Assembly (NCBI GenBank): GCA_963754315.1
Contig: CAVWFS010000020.1
Span: forward strand, 64,001 to 128,000
DNA: 64,000 nucleotides
DNA from: an uncultured Candidatus Rokubacteria bacterium
Lineage (GTDB): Bacteria; Methylomirabilota; Methylomirabilia; Rokubacteriales; CSP1-6
Direction: 5' to 3'
The notes under the pieces are model-generated. The model did not search any database. It had not been told where the DNA came from and saw nothing but the letters and a program-made list of their open reading frames with translations. Of the stretch, positions 41,620 to 51,712 are shown piece after piece. A program made the position numbers and the translations under genes. Each line of letters starts with the position of its first letter. Within the stretch, counting starts at the first letter, position 1.

Positions 41620-42090
41620 GTGACGGCGCGACGACTCACTCTGGCGGGTATCCTGATACTCGCATTCGTCGTTATGCTGCGCCCGGTCGGCGCGCAACAG
41701 GTGCGCGTCTATCGCATCGGCGTCGTCCTCCAGCGAGGCGCGTCTTTCACGGCCCTCGACGGGCTACGGGACGGTCTCAGGGAGATGGGATTCGAGGAGG
41801 GCAAGCAGTTCCTCCTCGTCGCGAGCTTCCGGAAGCCCGGAGGCGATTCACCGGCGTTCACGGGCAGTTCTCCGATCTCACGGCAAAGCGTCTCGAGCTT
41901 CTGAAGGAGATGACTCCGAAGACACGCCGGGCCCTGGTGGTCTACAACTCGGATAAATGGAGCTCGTCGAGCGGCCGATCGCCTCGGTCGAGGAGCTGCG
42001 AGCCGCCCTCCGCGGGCTGAAGCCCGGAGAAGTCGACGCGATCGCCTACGTGGCCGACGCGATGGTGACCGGTCAGGCGGGGCTGATCAT
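41620..42090 (+). pseudogene. Fragmented ABC substrate-binding protein (PF04392-like)
   Basis: AQQVRVYRIGV, GLRDGLREMGFEEGK, then TGV...DLTAKRLELLKEMTP in another frame, then VDAIAYVADAMV. Confidence 0.7.
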
Positions 42091-42276
42091 CGTGCCAACC
42101 CCGGAGACGGTCATCCTGATCCTGATTCTTCCGGTGCAGGGCTTGAGGGACCGTAACTCGCCCCGAGCACGAAGCTCGAACAATAACCCTGCCGCCGCGT
42201 CCAGGGCAGCCTCAAGGATGAGGCAAAAGACGCAGCGTTGTCGACGGGGTTTAGCGAGACATTTTGGCCGGTAGTG

Positions 42277-42660
42277 TCAGGACGCGCACGGCGGGGGAAA
42301 GGTCGCGTAGCTGACGCTCTGGATCACCCGCGTGTCCGAGAACGTGATCGACCCGAACCCCTGGCCGGTCCCCAGGTGGATGACACCCTCCAGGATCCCC
42401 GGCAGGAGACCGGACACTGCGGAGAAGACGAAGTTATTTCCCGTCAGGTACCCGGCGCCGCGTACGCATCGCCGAAACGTGATGTTCTCCCCGGCTAGGA
42501 TCACCTGGCCGCCGCCGGTCGCCAGCGCAAAGAACTGCGCGACCTCCTCGAGCTCGACGATGCGCAGGCAGAACGGCCCGGATGCCTGGGCCGCCGCCGG
42601 CGCCGTCATCAGGCCAAGCAGACTCAACGCCAGCGCGCTCACCACGATCAAGGTCTTCAT
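42277..42660 (-). CDS. Small secreted hypothetical protein
   Basis: Signal peptide ending AAA-Q, AAGGAGG RBS, Cys near each end of the mature protein. Confidence 0.65.
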   Translation of the reverse strand: MKTLIVVSALALSLLGLMTAPAAAQASGPFCLRIVELEEVAQFFALATGGGQVILAGENITFRRCVRGAGYLTGNNFVFSAVSGLLPGILEGVIHLGTGQGFGSITFSDTRVIQSVSYATFPPPCAS

Positions 42661-42706
42661 CGGTGCGGCCTCCTTTAGGTATAAGTCCAGTCACCCCGCA
42701 GAGAAT

Positions 42707-42927
42707 AAGGTGCGAGGGATGATACTCCCCGGCTTTGGGGGCGTCGAGCATGTAGGCGATATCGACCTCGCCCCGCTTGAGCATGGCGGCCCGGGTGGTG
42801 GGATCCGAGGCGACCTTGAAGACCAGCCGCTTGACCGAGGGCATCTTGCGCCAGTAGCCCTCATAGGCCTTCCATGATCAGCTCGACGCCGAGCGAGTCC
42901 CCTCCATCTTGAGCGGACCCAGGGCGA
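42707..42927 (-). repeat. Internally deleted near-identical copy of the family 5 SBP gene (33426-34994)
   Basis: 42737-42895 matches 34215-34372 with few differences; flanks match about 33994-34025 and 34981-35058. Confidence 0.9.
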
Positions 42928-43074
42928 ACGCGGCCGCCGGCGTCCGGACTGCTCGCCGCGACTGACGTAGTGGATCCCCGCCGTTCGAGGTCCTTGCATC
43001 TGTCGCGCTAGTGTCTATGATCACGATCATCGACCTTCATCTCGAGCATCGACCAGCTCGCTAGGAGGCACCCC

Positions 43075-43911
43075 ATGAAGAGACGGCTGATTGCCCGCGC
43101 GGCCGTGGTGGTATTCGCGCTGGCGCTGGTCGCCTGCGCGTCGACGACCCAGCAGGGCACCGTCGGCGTCGAGCGCAGCCAGCTCCTTCTGGTGTCGTCG
43201 GACGAGCTGGACAAGGCCGCCGCGGCCCAGTACCAGCAGGTGATCCGGAGCGAGACCTCCAAGGGCCATGTCAACCACGATCCCAAGCAGACCGAGCGCG
43301 TCCGCGCAATCGCCAGGCGCCTCATCCCGCAAACCGCGGTCTTCCGGAAGGACGCGCTGGACTGGAAGTGGGAGGTGAACGTCATCACCTCACCCGAGGT
43401 CAACGCCTGGTGCATGCCCGGCGGCAAGATCGCCGTCTACACCGGCATTATCGAGAAGCTCCAGATCACGGACGACGAGCTGGCGGCCGTAATGGGCCAC
43501 GAGATCGCCCACGCGCTGCGCGAGCACGGCCGCGAGCGGGCCTCGCAGCAGCTGGCGACGAATGCCGGCGCGAGCCTGGTCGGAGCAGTGGCCGAAATCT
43601 TCTTCCCCGGCACCGGGCAGATAGGCACCGGCCTCGCCGGCGTGGCCGGGCAAGTCACCTACGGGCTGCCGTATTCGCGTCTCCACGAGACCGAAGCCGA
43701 CCGCATGGGCGTCGAGCTCGCGGCGCGCGCGGGCTATGACCCGCGGGCGGCGATCACCCTCTGGGAGAAGATGGCCAAGCTGTCGGGCGAAGGCAGTGCC
43801 CCGCCCTCGCTCCTGTCGACTCACCCGTCGAACGAGGACCGCATCAACGACCTGAAAGTGTTTTCCCAGAAGGTGATGCCCCTCTACGAAAAGGCGCGCG
43901 CCACGAAGTGA
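43075..43911 (+). CDS. M48 family zinc metallopeptidase lipoprotein
   Basis: Lipobox LVAC, NAWCMPGGKI, HEIAH, ETEAD, LSTHP. Confidence 0.92.
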   Translation: MKRRLIARAAVVVFALALVACASTTQQGTVGVERSQLLLVSSDELDKAAAAQYQQVIRSETSKGHVNHDPKQTERVRAIARRLIPQTAVFRKDALDWKWEVNVITSPEVNAWCMPGGKIAVYTGIIEKLQITDDELAAVMGHEIAHALREHGRERASQQLATNAGASLVGAVAEIFFPGTGQIGTGLAGVAGQVTYGLPYSRLHETEADRMGVELAARAGYDPRAAITLWEKMAKLSGEGSAPPSLLSTHPSNEDRINDLKVFSQKVMPLYEKARATK

Positions 43912-44173
43912 CCCGCTGAAGGGGTCGCGAGCGCAGCGCTTCTACGATCGCCTCCTCGCCGCGCTGAGCCGGGCCATCCGGCCGCAGCCGGGCGTCCATG
44001 CGGCGCGTGCTGACACGACCCTCTGGCGACGAGTCTAGGCTGCCACTTCACCCGAGAAATCGACTTCCAGCCAGGACCTGGGGGGTCTATCTGGAGCAGG
44101 CGGAGGCGGAGTCCGCGCGGGAAGCGCCGCTTCGGCGGAATGAGCGTATGGTAGCGGAGTAGAGGAGGGGCCT

Positions 44174-44776
44174 GTGCCACACATTCCCTATGTCGACCTG
44201 TGTTCCGTGACCGACCCGGAGATTCTGGGCTATCTGGAGCGCGCGCGGCGCGAAGGCACGCCGCGGCCGGAGAGCCAGGCGATCCGCGCCAACAACCCGA
44301 GCGTGATCCGTGCCTTCTCACAGGCCTGGGAGCTCACGTTCCGACAGGGAGTTTGCGATCACGCCATCAAGGAGCTGTGTCGCGTCTACGTCTCCAAGTC
44401 GATCGAGTGCGACTATTGAGGCGTCCAGCGTTCCGTCCAGGCCGGACGGAAAGGGCTGACCGAAGAGAAGTACGACGACCTGCTGCACTTCGCGGATTCC
44501 CTTAAGTTCACTGAGCGCGAGAAGGTGGCACTGACGTACGCGAGCGCCATCGTCTGGAATGCCGAGATCGCCGATGCGGCGCTGTGGGCGAAACTGCACC
44601 AGCACTTCTCTGACCCCGAACTGGTCGAGCTTGGCTTCTTCATTGGGCTGACCCTGGGACAGCAGCGATGGATCAAGACGCTCGGCATCGGGCACCGCGA
44701 AGTGCTGGCCGACACGACCACCGGGCTGGCGCCGACGCACGCGGCGAGCACGGGCGGCCGAGCGACCGCGACGTGA
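44174..44776 (+). CDS. AhpD/carboxymuconolactone decarboxylase-like probable selenoprotein (CxxU)
   Basis: ORFs 44174-44419 and 44525-44776 are one frame split only by TGA 44417-44419 in C-D-Y-TGA-G; GAGGAG RBS; downstream hairpin. Confidence 0.85.
44423..44460 (+). promoter_or_regulatory. Bacterial SECIS-like hairpin
   Basis: TTCCGTCC-aggcc-GGACGGAA with lower stem CAGC/GCTG; 19 nt separate the UGA from the loop. Confidence 0.7.
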
Positions 44777-44858
44777 CGACGTCCAGATCAAGAACTCGAC
44801 GTTCAAAAGCCTGATGGAATTTCCGGCCAGCCCTTCACCTCACCGTTTGTAAGCTGCA

Positions 44859-44985
44859 ATGATCCGTCCTGGGCGTCTTGACCTTCCTCCGTGCCCTGCT
44901 CGGCCGATCCACGCCGGCACGCTCGAGAACACGCTCTGCGCCATCAATTGATGGTCCTGCAGCGGTCGAGTCCGCGCCCTCGGAA
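44859..44985 (+). mobile_element. N-terminal remnant of an integrase-core transposase
   Basis: Across frames: LTFLRALLG...TLEN.ALRHQLMVLQRSSPRPR. Confidence 0.6.
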
Positions 44986-45109
44986 TCGAGGGCACTTGAT
45001 CTGACCGTCCCCGACCGCGCTTGACACCATATCGCCCGCGCCCTAGCATGACCTCTCTCCATCGATGTGGCGACCAGCCGTGAGATAGGTGGTAAGAGGA
45101 GGGGCCGCC

Positions 45110-46357
45110 ATGAAGTTCATGATGTTCGTCCTGCCCACGATTCCCGCAACCTTCGAAGAGCGCAGGAATCTGCGTCCCATCGGGCGAAACAACGAACGCT
45201 ATCAGCAGATGCTGGACGAATTGCGGAAGCTCGTCGTCTTGGCCGAGCAGGCCGGGTTCGACGTGTTCTCGACAACGGAGCATCACTTTCATTCCGAGGG
45301 GTACGAGGCGTCCGTGGCGCCCTTGCTGCTCTATACGGATCTGGCGGCCCGCACCGAGCGCATCAAGTTCGCGTCGCTTGGGCTCGTGCTACCGGCGTGG
45401 GATCCATTGCGGGTGGCGGAGGAAATTGCTGTCCTCGATCATCTGACCAAGGGTCGGTTCTACGCCGGCTTTGCCCGCGGCTATCAGGATCGCTGGGTGA
45501 ACGTCATGGGACAGCAGTATCACGCCACCGGCGCACCGATGGATGGCTCGGCGATCGACCAGCACAATCGAGACGTCTACGAAGAGGTGCTCGAGATCAT
45601 TCGCAAGGCCTGGACGCAGGATGCCATCACCCACGACGGCAAGTACTACAAGATCCCCTATCCTTACGAAGAGGGGATTCGACGCTGGCCGGCGGCCGAA
45701 TGGACACGGACATACGGTGCTCCCGGCGAGGTCGACGCGGACGGCGTGGTGCGCAAGATCAGTGTCATTCCCAAGCCCTATCAGCAGCCGCACCCGCCGC
45801 TCTTCCAGCCGTTCTCGGTGAGTGAAAATACCATTCGCTACACGGCCCGATCCAGCATCGTCCCCTGGATTCTCGTCTCCAACCCGCCCGACTTCCTGCG
45901 ACTCAGCCAGGTCTATCAAGAGGTCGCCCAGGCATCGGGACGCTCCCTCAAGCTCGGCGAAAGCGTCGGAGCCTTCCGGGCGGTCCATTTCGGCAAGACG
46001 GAAGCCGACGCTGTCGCGCTCTTGCGCGACACCAACTACCGGGGATTCAAGGAATACTTCAGCGGATTTGGATTCGGGGAGGCGTTCCGCACCGCGGAGG
46101 ACAACGCCAAATATCCACCGCCGGCGCTGCTGCCGATCGAGGAATTGACGGTAGAGCGGCTGCGCCGCGTCAAGTATGCGCTGGCGGGGACGCCGCAGCA
46201 AGTGCGCCAGGAGATCGAAGCGTTGCAGACCCTCTATGGCAGCGGTGGTGAGCTGGAGTGGTTCGGCTGGTTCTTCGACCAGGGGTTCATGTCATGGGAT
46301 GAGACGCAACGGCAGTTCGAGTCCTTCGCCAAGGAGATCATTCCCCACTTCCACTAA
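45110..46357 (+). CDS. LLM class flavin-dependent oxidoreductase
   Basis: TTEHHFH, DPLRVAEEIAVLDHL, PKPYQQPHPP; GAGGAGG RBS. Confidence 0.92.
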   Translation: MKFMMFVLPTIPATFEERRNLRPIGRNNERYQQMLDELRKLVVLAEQAGFDVFSTTEHHFHSEGYEASVAPLLLYTDLAARTERIKFASLGLVLPAWDPLRVAEEIAVLDHLTKGRFYAGFARGYQDRWVNVMGQQYHATGAPMDGSAIDQHNRDVYEEVLEIIRKAWTQDAITHDGKYYKIPYPYEEGIRRWPAAEWTRTYGAPGEVDADGVVRKISVIPKPYQQPHPPLFQPFSVSENTIRYTARSSIVPWILVSNPPDFLRLSQVYQEVAQASGRSLKLGESVGAFRAVHFGKTEADAVALLRDTNYRGFKEYFSGFGFGEAFRTAEDNAKYPPPALLPIEELTVERLRRVKYALAGTPQQVRQEIEALQTLYGSGGELEWFGWFFDQGFMSWDETQRQFESFAKEIIPHFH

Positions 46358-46798
46358 CTCAGCATTTCCCTCGCTCCTCCGCGGCGTACGCGACCGCCAT
46401 GGTGTCCACGCTCGTGTGTGCCGAAGAGCCCGTGCGTGCGCAGCGGCCTTGCCTTGGGCTACCATCTCGAAGATGCTTGGCAGCGTTTCCCACTCCCTTC
46501 CCACCACCGCCTTGGTCGGCGCCCTCATACCCGCACCCGCTGGGCAGCGCGCCACGGCGTCAAGTCGACCTCAGAGTGATCGTCGGCATCATCCCGTCGC
46601 GCATCGCGAGACCGGCGGAGATGACCTGGAGCATGCGGCCGGCGATCGACCCAGCGCTGTGCGCAATCGCGCGGCCGTGGGTGTGGTGCTGATCGGCATA
46701 CTGCCCACTAGCAACCGAGTGCCCGGCGACCTGCACGACCGCTGGCGCGCGATGGCCGATCAGCAATGCCACGAGGAAGTCTGGGCCGACGCGGGGCT

Positions 46799-48247
46799 GT
46801 GATCGGATCAGCCTGGCTGACCTGGCGCTCGGCGATGGCGCGGGCAGTGACGCTTGCGCGCGACGAGGGTTTGCGAAGCCTGTGGTTCGGGATCCTGGGG
46901 GAGACGGGGTATCGCCGGCTGCTCGTCATGGAACGCCCGCTCGACAAGCCGCTGGCCGATGTGCCCCTTCGCGTTCCCGCGATCATCGAGCCCCTGCGCG
47001 GTTCGGACGTCGGCGACTACGTCGCGTTTCGTCCGGACACCGACCCTGCCGAGATCCGGCGCCGCTTGGCAGCGGGACACCTCTGCTTCGTCGCCCGCTG
47101 TCAGGGGCGAATCGTCCACGCCTGCTGGGCGGCCACCGGGTTGGCGTGGGTCGATTACCTCGCTCGCGAAGTCCCGCTCGCCGCCGACGAAGTCTATCAC
47201 TATGACTCTTTCACAGTACCGGAGCTTCGAGGTCGCAACCTCTCTCCGGCCCGGGTGACGGTGGCCGCCCGCCATTTCCGCGCCGCCGGCTATCGCCGGC
47301 TGGTGGCGCTGGTGCTGCCGGAAAGCGGCCAGGCGCGTCGCACGCTCGAGAAGGCCGGATACTGCGTCGTCGGCCGCATCGGTTACATTCGCCTCGGGCG
47401 GTGGCGGTGGGATTTCGGGCCCGCCCACTGGTCCCGTCAGCCGTCTGCACGCTACTGGGATGGCGTATTCCAGGAAACGCGGTGCTCCGCACCCCTCGAC
47501 GTCTGGTACGCGTACATGCGACGGGTGTACATCCGCCTCGTTCATGAATGGTTGCCTCCGGTCGACGCCGGCCGGGGGCTCAAGACTGACCTGTTCGAGG
47601 AGGCCGTCAGCGCTCACCATTTGCTATCGGCGTTGGGCCCGGCCAGTGTCGGCCTGGATGTGTCGCCCGCCGTCGTCGCGGCCGCTCGCGAGCGCCTGCG
47701 CGACGACCCGGGTGGCCGGCTCTTCGTGGCCGGGGACCTGCGCCAGTTGCCGCTGCGCTCCGGTACTATCGCCCGCATCTTGTGCGGCTCGTCACTCGAC
47801 CATTTTCGCGAGCCCGAAGACATTGCCCGGAGCCTGGCCGAGCTGGCGCGCGTACTGGCGGCGAAGGGCGTGCTCGTGGTCACCTTCGACAATCCCGAGA
47901 ATCCCGTGATCTGGCTCCGCAATCGCCTGCCCTTCCCATGGCTCCGTCGCCTGCGTCTCGTCCCGTATTACATCGGCGGGACGTACAGCCGGAGCGCAGC
48001 CCGCCGCTGCCTGGAGTCGCTCGGTCTCGAGGTGACCAATGTGACAGCCGTGGCGCAAGTGCCGCGGGCCCCGGCTATCTGGGTAGTGGCTCTGGTCGAG
48101 CGGCTGGGCTGGACGGTCCTTCGCCGTCCGCTCGAACGTATCCTCGACTACTTCGAGATGCTGGAGCGCAGCCCATTACGCTACCGCACCGGTTACTACG
48201 TCGCGCTTCGCGCTCGGAAGTGCGAATCTTCCCCGCATGCTCCTTGA
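46799..48247 (+). CDS. GNAT-like acetyltransferase fused to a class I SAM methyltransferase-like domain
   Basis: YDSFTVPELRGRNL acetyl-CoA motif; LKTDLFEEA, GLDVS, GDLRQLP, SSLDHF, ELARVL; start uncertain (GTG 46799 or ATG 46835). Confidence 0.75.
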   Translation: MIGSAWLTWRSAMARAVTLARDEGLRSLWFGILGETGYRRLLVMERPLDKPLADVPLRVPAIIEPLRGSDVGDYVAFRPDTDPAEIRRRLAAGHLCFVARCQGRIVHACWAATGLAWVDYLAREVPLAADEVYHYDSFTVPELRGRNLSPARVTVAARHFRAAGYRRLVALVLPESGQARRTLEKAGYCVVGRIGYIRLGRWRWDFGPAHWSRQPSARYWDGVFQETRCSAPLDVWYAYMRRVYIRLVHEWLPPVDAGRGLKTDLFEEAVSAHHLLSALGPASVGLDVSPAVVAAARERLRDDPGGRLFVAGDLRQLPLRSGTIARILCGSSLDHFREPEDIARSLAELARVLAAKGVLVVTFDNPENPVIWLRNRLPFPWLRRLRLVPYYIGGTYSRSAARRCLESLGLEVTNVTAVAQVPRAPAIWVVALVERLGWTVLRRPLERILDYFEMLERSPLRYRTGYYVALRARKCESSPHAP

Positions 48248-48311
48248 CCCTCCCGTATCAGCGGGCTAGGCTGGGCATTGCGCGCACCCCGAGACCAGCG
48301 AGAGATCCGAG

Positions 48312-51300
48312 ATGCAGTGCCCACGCTGTCGAGCCGAGAACCGCGCAGGCCGCCGCTTCTGCGCGGCCTGCGGAGCGGAGTTCGCGCGTCCGTGCCCGTC
48401 CTGTGGCTTCTCGAACGAGACTGACGCCCAGTTCTGCGGGGGCTGCGGGGCACGGCTCGTTGCTGCCGTCTCGGCGCCGGTCGCTGGGTCGCGGACCGAG
48501 CCGACGGCGGTTCCGCGCGTCCAGACCCCGCCGTACCTAGCCGCGCGGATCCGCAACATCGGGAACGCCCTCGAGGGCGAGCGCAAGCAGGTGACTGTTC
48601 TGTTCGCGGATCTGAAGGGGTCGATGGAGCTGCTCGTCGGCCGCGACCCCGAGGAAGCGGGAAGGATTCTCGATCCCGTGGTCGAGCGCATGATGGACGC
48701 CGTCCATCACTACGAAGGCACGGTCAATCAGGTGATGGGCGATGGCATCATGGCGCTCTTCGGAGCGCCGATCGCCCACGAGGACCACGCCGTGCGGGCG
48801 GGTTACGCGGCCCTGCGGATGCAGGAAGCCATCGCCGCCTATGGCGACAAGGTTGGGCGACAGGACGGAATTGCGCTCCGGATCCGCGTCGGGCTGAACT
48901 CCGGTGAGGTGGTCGTGCGCGGGATCGGCAATGATCTGACCATGGACTATAGCGCCATCGGCCAGACGACCCACCTGGCAGCCCGCATGGAGCAGATGGC
49001 CTCTCCCGGAACCATTCTCGCCACCGAGGTGTTCGCGCGCCTCACGGAAGGCTATCTGGTCTTCAAGCCGTTGGGCCTGGTGGCGGTGAAGGGTATGGCC
49101 GAGCCGATGGACATCCTCCAGCTTGTCGATGCGGAATCCCCCCGCACGCGGTATCAGGCCGCGGGCCGCGGCCTGACGCGCTTCGTCGGCCGCCAATCCG
49201 AACTCGACCTGCTGCAGCGGGCGCTGACACGGGCAGAACGCAGGCACGGTCAGCTGGTCGCGGTCATCGGCGAGCCGGGAGTCGGAAAATCTCGACTCTT
49301 CTACCGTTTCATCGACTCCGAGCCGGCGCGCGGCTGGCTCGTTCTGGAGACGGGGTTGGTGTCCTACCGGCGGATGGACCCCTACCGGCCCGTCCGCGAC
49401 CTTCTGAAGACTTGCTTCCAGATCGAGGATTGGGACAATCCGGCGACCGCGCACAAGAAGGTCACCGACAGTGTCCTTCTGCTGGAGGGGCCCACCGACA
49501 CGCTGGTGCCGCCCCTGCTGGCCCTACTCGACTTGCCGCTGGACGATGCGGAGTGGCGATCTCTCGATCCTGCCCGGCGCCGGGAACGTATCCTGGACGC
49601 CGCCCAGCGCGTGCTCCTGGGCCAGAGCCGCCGACAGCCAATGCTTCTGGTCTTGGAGAACTTGCACTGGGTCGATGCCGGGACTCAGGCTTTCCTCGAC
49701 AGCCTGATCGAGAACTTGCCGAACGCGCGCATTCTGTTGCTGGTGAACTACCGGCCCGAGTACGAACACAGCTGGAGCAACAAGAGCTACTACTCTCAGA
49801 TTCGCCTCGATCCTCTGCCCGCCCCCATCGCCGAGGAGCTACTGGGAAGCCTCATCGGCGTCGGGCCCGACCTTCAGCCGCTCAAGACGCTCCTCATCGA
49901 AAGGACCGAGGGCAATCCGTTCTTCCTGGAAGAGTTGGTCCGCGCGCTTCTGGAAACGAGGGTGCTCGTCGGTGAGCACGGCAGTTACCGACTTGCCCGG
50001 AGTCTCTCAAGCCTCCGCGTCCCCGCGAACGTTGAGGCCATCCTGGCCGCCCGAATCGACCGGCTGGCCTCGGACACAAAGCGCCTGCTCCAGTGCGCCG
50101 CTGTCATCGGCAAGCAGGTCACGTTGCCGCTCCTTCAGGCCGTGGCCGAGCAGCCGGAGGACGACGTCCGCGGCGGGCTCGCCCACCTCCTCGCCGCCGA
50201 GTTCCTGCACGAGAGCAGCCTCTTCCCCGAGCTGGAGTACACCTTCAAGCACGCGCTCACGTTGGAAGTCGCCTACGGAGGGCTCCTTCAGGAGCGGCGG
50301 AGGCAACTCCATGCTCGGACCGTGACGGCCATCGAGACTCTCTACGCCACGCGTCTCGCTTCGCAGGTCGAGCGGCTGGCCGATCACGCTGTCCGGGGTG
50401 AGCTCTGGGACAAGGCGGTCCCCTACCTTCGCCTTGCGGGCACGAAGGCCGCCACGCGCTCGGCCTACCGGGAGGCAGTCGCCTGCTTCGAGCAAGCACT
50501 GCTGGCGCTGAAGCACCTCTCGGAGAGTCCAGACACCCTCCAGCTCGCCTTCGACCTCCGCATGGAGCTACGGCCTTGGCTCGCCCCGCTCGGTAACTAC
50601 GATCGGATCCTCGAGAACCTCCGGGAGGCTGAGGCCCTGGCCGAGGCGCGGGGAGACCGCCGGGCGCTCGGTACCGTGTGCGCATACATGACCGATTACC
50701 TTCGGTTGACCGGACAGAGCGAGGAGGCGGTCGAGTGCGGCGAGCGCGCGCTGGCCTTTGCCGACGAGCTCGGCGATTTCACGCTCCAGGTCCTTGCCAA
50801 CATGCTGCTCGGACACGCCTGTCATGCAGTCGCGGACTATCGGCGGGCCATCCAGCTGCTCCGCCGCAACGTCCGGACCCTCAGCGGTGATCTGATCCGC
50901 GAGCGTTTCGGCTCGGCGGCCCTTCCCTCGGTCTTCTCACGGAGCTTCTTGGCCTTCTCGCTGGTCGATCTCGGAGAGTTCGCCGAGGCCATCGCGATGG
51001 GCCAGGAGGCGCTCCGGATCGCTGAGGAGTTCGACACCGCCCATAGCCAGGTCATCGCCGCGCACTCCCTGGGTTTGGCATACCTCTGCAAGGGCGACCT
51101 CGACCGCGCTATCCCGGTACTGGAGGAGACGCTCCAACGCTGTCAGGTTGGCCACATCCCGCTGGGTTCGCGCTTGCTGGCCTCGGCCCTAGGTTACGCC
51201 TACGCGCTCTCCGGGCGGGTCACCGACGCCGTGCCGCTCCTGGAGCAGGCACTCGAGCAGGCCCAGGCGCTCAAGGTCGTCTTCCGCTACGCGCTCTGGC

Positions 51301-51689
51301 TCGCTTGGCTCAGTGAGGCCTATCTCCTCTCCGGGCGGTTGGAGGACGCGCAGCAGGCGGCGCAGCGTGCGATCGACAGCGCCGCCAGCCATAGGGAACG
51401 AGGCCATCTCGCCTACGCGCTTCGCGTCATGGGCGAGGTCGACTCCCGGCGGGATCCTGCCAACAGGGAGCAAGCCGTGGGCCGGTATCAAGAGGCGCTT
51501 GCACTGGCAGAGTCGCTGGGGATGCGCCCCCTTCAGGCCCAGTGTCGGCTCGGGCTTGGCCGCTTGTATCGCGGGGCCGGCCGGCACAAGGAAGCGCGGG
51601 CGGAGCTGGCCGCGGCCGCCGCGCTGTTTCGATCGCTGGACATGCCGTTCTGGTCGGCGCGGAGCGAAGCAGCCGAGGCGGAGACTTGA
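48312..51689 (+). CDS. Double zinc ribbon + class III nucleotidyl cyclase + STAND-like ATPase + TPR protein, paralog 2
   Basis: Same architecture as 1601-4921; GEPGVGKS, GNPFFLEE. Confidence 0.9.
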   Translation: MQCPRCRAENRAGRRFCAACGAEFARPCPSCGFSNETDAQFCGGCGARLVAAVSAPVAGSRTEPTAVPRVQTPPYLAARIRNIGNALEGERKQVTVLFADLKGSMELLVGRDPEEAGRILDPVVERMMDAVHHYEGTVNQVMGDGIMALFGAPIAHEDHAVRAGYAALRMQEAIAAYGDKVGRQDGIALRIRVGLNSGEVVVRGIGNDLTMDYSAIGQTTHLAARMEQMASPGTILATEVFARLTEGYLVFKPLGLVAVKGMAEPMDILQLVDAESPRTRYQAAGRGLTRFVGRQSELDLLQRALTRAERRHGQLVAVIGEPGVGKSRLFYRFIDSEPARGWLVLETGLVSYRRMDPYRPVRDLLKTCFQIEDWDNPATAHKKVTDSVLLLEGPTDTLVPPLLALLDLPLDDAEWRSLDPARRRERILDAAQRVLLGQSRRQPMLLVLENLHWVDAGTQAFLDSLIENLPNARILLLVNYRPEYEHSWSNKSYYSQIRLDPLPAPIAEELLGSLIGVGPDLQPLKTLLIERTEGNPFFLEELVRALLETRVLVGEHGSYRLARSLSSLRVPANVEAILAARIDRLASDTKRLLQCAAVIGKQVTLPLLQAVAEQPEDDVRGGLAHLLAAEFLHESSLFPELEYTFKHALTLEVAYGGLLQERRRQLHARTVTAIETLYATRLASQVERLADHAVRGELWDKAVPYLRLAGTKAATRSAYREAVACFEQALLALKHLSESPDTLQLAFDLRMELRPWLAPLGNYDRILENLREAEALAEARGDRRALGTVCAYMTDYLRLTGQSEEAVECGERALAFADELGDFTLQVLANMLLGHACHAVADYRRAIQLLRRNVRTLSGDLIRERFGSAALPSVFSRSFLAFSLVDLGEFAEAIAMGQEALRIAEEFDTAHSQVIAAHSLGLAYLCKGDLDRAIPVLEETLQRCQVGHIPLGSRLLASALGYAYALSGRVTDAVPLLEQALEQAQALKVVFRYALWLAWLSEAYLLSGRLEDAQQAAQRAIDSAASHRERGHLAYALRVMGEVDSRRDPANREQAVGRYQEALALAESLGMRPLQAQCRLGLGRLYRGAGRHKEARAELAAAAALFRSLDMPFWSARSEAAEAET

Positions 51690-51712
51690 CAGGCCCAGGG
51701 AACCGACACTCG

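Noticed and set aside
46400..46802. Small ORF ending in a GTGA overlap with the GNAT fusion
   Set aside because: Overlap is suggestive but there is no recognisable motif or clear start
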